This document shows, piece by piece, positions 60,124-64,000 of a stretch of 64,000 nt of DNA; position 1 is the stretch's first letter, and each line of letters begins with the position of its first letter. The stretch lies in assembly GCA_029953675.1 (NCBI GenBank), contig JAMWBK010000011.1, positions 434,001-498,000 of the forward strand, written 5' to 3'. The notes beneath the pieces were generated by a model. The model did not search any database, was not told the origin of the DNA, and was given only the letters and a program-made list of their open reading frames with translations. Origin of the DNA: Rhodosorus marinus CCMP1338 (taxonomy: Eukaryota > Plantae > Rhodophyta). Made by a program: the position numbers and the translations under genes.

Positions 60124-60823
60124 TTGAGAGAGTTAAAAATATTGAAAGTAAAATGTCGAGGGTTTCTAAAAGGATCGCTGGAGATTTTTGTCGTACGTCC
60201 GGGTGCTGGATATACACGTTGACAAACAAAAAGCTCGCGCTTCAACGTTCAACGCAGTTGAGGCCACAAATTTCAGTCTGCAGTCAGAGCACTGTTCCGG
60301 ACAGCGAGAGCAAATAAACAAATCCCGTCCAAACTGGCTACTCCAAAGACGAAACTCACCCCAAGAGCGTTAGAAGATCTTCACGTCGACGGCTGCACAA
60401 ACAGTATCGGGCAATCTCATATAATTAAAAACAGATACACCACAGACATCTCTTCCATCGGGTTTTCAGCTCTGAACGGAAAAGTCTGCATTCTAACATC
60501 CTGTTTCACACTCTTCACGTCCTCGGGGAGGACCGTCTCCATCGTCCGAGCGAGCACGTTCGGGATCAGCTTGTCGCGCCTAGAGCCGGCTGCATGGGGC
60601 GTTGACTTTTGCTTGCACCACCTGATCTCGAAAGCAACCCAGAGATTTCAGCAAAGCTGAGAGTCTTGCTCAAGGTTGCTTGCCGTGTACTTTGGAATGG
60701 GCGCTCTTGTTGACGGCCAGCCGATGATTCCGTACATAGTCCGCGCACACATTGAAGCAAGTCGATGTTCAGTTCAGAAGGATACGACTGCAGGCTTTTT
60801 GACCTCGTTCAGGCTCTCCAATC

Positions 60824-61869
60824 CTATCTATAGAGTAATAGTCGTGCCAACACGGCACCAGCGATGGGGACTGTGATGTTATCCGCTGCGATGATGTCGA
60901 GGACCTATAGACCAACAAGAATTGGTGAATCGTTACCGGAGATCGAAAGTCTTGCGCTCTCCTGATTGTGCGTACCTCAACCAGAGCGCAGACAACAGAT
61001 ATGAGAGCCAGCTGCGGTATACACTCTGGGAAGGGAATGCTTTGTGGCGGGAGCTGTCCTAGTGACGAGTAGACGGCGTAGAGAGCGCAGGAGCCAATGA
61101 ATGCGGTGATCGCAAAGCCTGCGCTTCCAGCATAGCTCTTTCTTTCGTTGAAGAACCATTTCCCAGAGTTCTCGCCGTACTTGCGGCCGATCAGCTCCGC
61201 GAAGCCGTCTCCAACGCTCATCTGGGCCACGGCGACGACGAATTCTGGAGTTCTCCAGAAGAGCAGGGTGAGACCAAGAAGCACAATGACATAGATTAAC
61301 GGGCCCTTCAAAACTTCGTCTCTGGATCCGCTTCGTGAAATGGTCTGTGCATTCCAAAGATCGTTTGGATTGAGAATTTTCTTCTACGGCGTGGGGAACC
61401 GCGCAGTTTATCTTTGGGAGGCACGTACCTTGGCCAGCGGATCGGCAGACTTCATACTCGCAAGAGCGATCCTAAAAATGAAAAAGGCGGGAACGCCCGC
61501 TGCGAAGAATCGTGCAACGCTTGATGAGGAAAAGGCAGTGCTGGACAAGAGGAACACCGGTCCGCACGTCAAGTGGACAAGCTTCCTCGATATCGAAGAT
61601 TTCAGGGTCATTTTTGACGACAACCTAATCAGGCCACCCAAAAACGCTCCCGCCACCGCCGCTATCGACAGCATTACCACCGTATCCGGCGCCCATGAAT
61701 ACCCAGCGATCATTCCAGCCGTATCCAATCCCAACCTACTCAAAACCGCCTCCCCGCCACCCTTTACAACCACCATCTCCCTCCTCTTTCTCACCCGCCC
61801 CCTCCGATCCCTTACCCCAGAAAATCCATCCCCAAAGGACTTCGAAAACCCAATCTCGCACCTCAACAT
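60824..61869 (-). CDS. VTE5: Phytol/farnesol kinase (CTP_transf_1 family), 3 exons, transit peptide; start uncertain
   Basis: SRKLVHLTCGPVF, LKGPLIYVI, MSVGDGFAELIGRKYG, KSYAGSAGF and DNITVP. Confidence 0.85.
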
Positions 61870-62681
61870 CCGCCCCGCACTCAAGCTCCCTCAAACCCGA
61901 TCACCCTCTATTCTCCAAGATCCACTTCAAGACCTCCTCAAAATTCACTCTACCAGCAGAACCTCTCCGAAACGCTCATCAGATCTCCCTAGAATCAGTC
62001 AACCACGTTCCCAAGCGCTGCCTTCGTCACTGCTTCTGAATCCCTAAGTCAACCTTCCCCCCCACTCAGATCGTCAATCTGAAATCCATTCAATGCCATT
62101 CATCCACGGCCATAAAACAAAATTTTAAGGAACGATCCATCATTCGTCGGATTAACGATAATCTAATTATTGATTGGTTACTAGTAATCATGTTAAGAGT
62201 ATTAATTGGATAATAAAATGTATGATAGGAGTAGAAGTATTTGATTGGATATTGTCCACTTTAGTTTCGGTGGATTGATCGCCACGTGCGTAGAAATGAG
62301 TTTAACAAAGACGTTTGTTCATAATCTACGAACATAAAAGCTGTTGAATTTTGAGTAAAGGAAATAAACAAGATCGAGCATTGCCAAATGAATGTAAAAT
62401 AGGCATCAGTGGATCTAAATATTTTTTTGTGCAGTTAGGATATGGTGACCTTCTTAGCAGCCTTTTCGCACACTGAAGTGAAGAGATGTGAACGTCAAAC
62501 TCAGTGATCATTCGTCTATTCACCAGTACGCATCTGCAGCATTTCAGCGCTTCACGCTCCAGATTTGAAAGGGTCTATATCCACCACCCCAATCGTTTAT
62601 TTCAGCGACCGCCACACGGAGAAGAAGCCTAGACTAAACCGAGAGAGCGGGCTTCTAAAACCAAGGCGGCATTGTAACGCT

Positions 62682-63167
62682 CTATATCAGTGCTAAGAAC
62701 GTTTCCTCTACTCCGGTGGATGTTTTGGCACTAGTTTCAATATAGGTAGCTCCAATATCCTTGGCAAATTTTTCTCCCTGTTGCGTCGATACTGCTCGCT
62801 CTGGCAAGTCAATCTTGTTTCCAACTAAGATCATAACTGGTTAAGTTGAGGCGTGCTCGACCACTTGAGGCATCCAAACAATGTTCAGATTTTCAAAACG
62901 ATTGGATGTTCGTGACATCGTAGACAAGGATTATTCCGTGAGCATTTCTGTAGAAGGCCTTTGGCAAAGGCCTGTACACCTCGTGACCGTTCAAGTCCCA
63001 CAGCTGCAGCCTTCGTTCAACTCCAACTTTAACCAGGTTCTTACAGGGAAGCTCTGACTTTTTTCGAGAAAGACACCGTCCAAAAACCTCCGTGCCAGCG
63101 GTGTCTTCCCGACGCCGACATCCCCAACAGGAACTATTTTCAAGGCCTTCTGGACCCCATCTGACAT
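62682..63167 (-). pseudogene. Intronless Rab GTPase pseudogene (Rab18-like)
   Basis: KIVPVGDVGVGKT, LQLWD, FYRNAHGIILVYDVT, MILVGNKIDL and ETSAK are spread over different frames, with two frameshifts and an internal stop. Confidence 0.8.
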
Positions 63168-64000
63168 GTTACATTCGGTAACTCAAGTACGACGGAAGAA
63201 ACCCCCAACGATTCAAGGCTCCATTGCCGAATCATTCCACTCTGCCTCCACCAAAACTGATCGAGCGATTCTTGTTCATGATCACCGCGTGCCAGCCGCT
63301 GAAAGATAGGAACCAAGCTAAAGGGAAGCAGAAACCAGTTCACCAAGACAACGATATAGGCGTCCTGTACTTCACAAACCAATGTCCAAGAATTCCTTGG
63401 CGATCAAGAGCGGCCCACCGAATGTGACAGTCCACCTTATTGCAAACTGTCGTGCTGGATTTCCTAGAGCGCTGTCTAGCCAGTCCTTCCGTATACAAGC
63501 CTCCTCCAGGCAGGAAATCTGGCAAGCATCGACAGAGCCGTGCTGTCAAGTTCATATTTGGGCTACGGACTGTTCCTCGGCTTTCATGGAGCTTGAACTT
63601 GATACTCTGATCTGAGATTTGCTTCAAAACTTCGTTCAGTATGTTATAATCCACTGTCTAATAAGTCCTCAGCAGAGAAGAAGTCTCCATCACGTTGCTT
63701 ATTGGCACAGATCTCCACTAGCTCCTGAACAAGTGTGCTTTGAGCGTCATTGAGCTTCGATTTACTTTCTGTTGTGGTACAGACGGCAGCGATGGATGGA
63801 ACTGTAGAATTTTTTTTCAGGTTAGCAGTTGCAGAAAGTCGCGGCTTCGTCCCTAGAGTTGAGGTTGGCCACGCTGAAGTTCGCGTTTTGTCTCGTGCAC
63901 AGGGACGGCGTATGAACCATCGCTTCTACGAGATCGAGAAATGTAGCATCCACTCCTATTGACTCCTTGGCACTCGATTCAATGTACAACGCCCCGATAT

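Noticed and set aside
63200-64000. ORFs at 63340-63654 (-) and 63750-63962 (+)
   Set aside because: No recognisable domain, and the region is close to the window edge.

Overview
Eukaryotic nuclear DNA, probably from a red alga. The basis is inference: short GT-AG introns, MAFV/MFGFV-type plastid transit peptides, a nuclear-encoded plastid bS21, and a Golgi-type sulfotransferase. The window has three zones. (1) 1-3.5 kb: a sulfotransferase gene plus unresolved sequence. (2) ~3.7-41.0 kb: a repeat domain. Its first part is four segmentally duplicated units (~3.7-31.4 kb), each carrying a secreted Glu/Val-rich repeat-protein gene that is frameshifted. These units are riddled with 5'-truncated non-LTR retrotransposons of the restriction-like-endonuclease (RLE, CRE-like) type from several families. 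Its second part is a dense nested cluster of the same elements (31.4-41.0 kb). (3) 41-64 kb: a gene-dense region with an unknown secreted protein, a FAR-17a/AIG1-like membrane protein, WDR83, plastid S21, a 2R-MYB, MMAA, NAA15, a ketose 3-epimerase, phytol kinase and a Rab pseudogene. The most striking observation is a full-length U1 snRNA copy fused 5' to a retroelement 3' end, apparently a chimeric retrocopy. It was later split by a second element (8-bp TSD) and scarred by a double fold-back palindrome. Also notable are 12-41 bp micro-retroinsertions with TSDs, recurrent 4-nt-loop fold-back scars, a TE-mediated inversion, and the diversifying secreted (VE)n repeat family. Family labels A-F are my own, coordinates were read by eye, and no database search was run.
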